The notes below the pieces were generated by a model that made no database searches, was not told the origin of the DNA, and saw only the letters and a program-made list of their open reading frames with translations. Shown here in pieces: positions 28,631-28,757 of a DNA stretch of 28,757 nt. How positions within the stretch are numbered: the stretch's first letter is position 1; every line of letters begins with the position of its first letter. The DNA lies in the sequence record SRR20825006_226; one strand, given 5' to 3'. The translations under genes and the position numbers were made by a program.

Positions 28631-28757
28631 TACGTTCAAGACTATTTTGGAGGCTTTGATTTAACATTTCCGACATTCGATTTGTATTACCAAACGCACA
28701 ACCGTGACGCTTGCGCTGGGTTTGGGGAAGAGAATTAAGAATGTAGAATTAATGATT

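Overview
AT-rich bacterial chromosome segment. Gene content and style suggest a Bacteroidota/Balneolota-type organism (inference). Bases 1-20.1 kb are mostly housekeeping and envelope genes: pbpC (runs off the left edge, so absent from the ORF track) behind a bacterial alpha-2-macroglobulin, a hybrid histidine kinase, hflK-hflC, a membrane PP2C/SpoIIE-type phosphatase, mscS, a tandem ExbD-like lipoprotein, a BrxA/BrxB bacilliredoxin, superoxide dismutase and soluble transhydrogenase. Bases 20.3-28.7 kb look accessory. The most interesting part is 21.9-27.5 kb. A tightly coupled operon encodes a 131-aa unknown protein, a TPR-sensor histidine kinase and a NarL/LuxR response regulator. Divergent from it are two tandem 276-bp non-coding units. 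Each unit has a highly conserved operator/promoter block, a diverged middle and a 3' pair of hairpins with compensatory changes, so they look like two paralogous small RNA genes. The same operator-like boxes recur upstream of the 132-aa gene on the other side of the operon and upstream of the operon itself. This suggests an apparently undescribed two-component + twin-sRNA regulon. All alignments and pairings were done by eye; no databases were searched.
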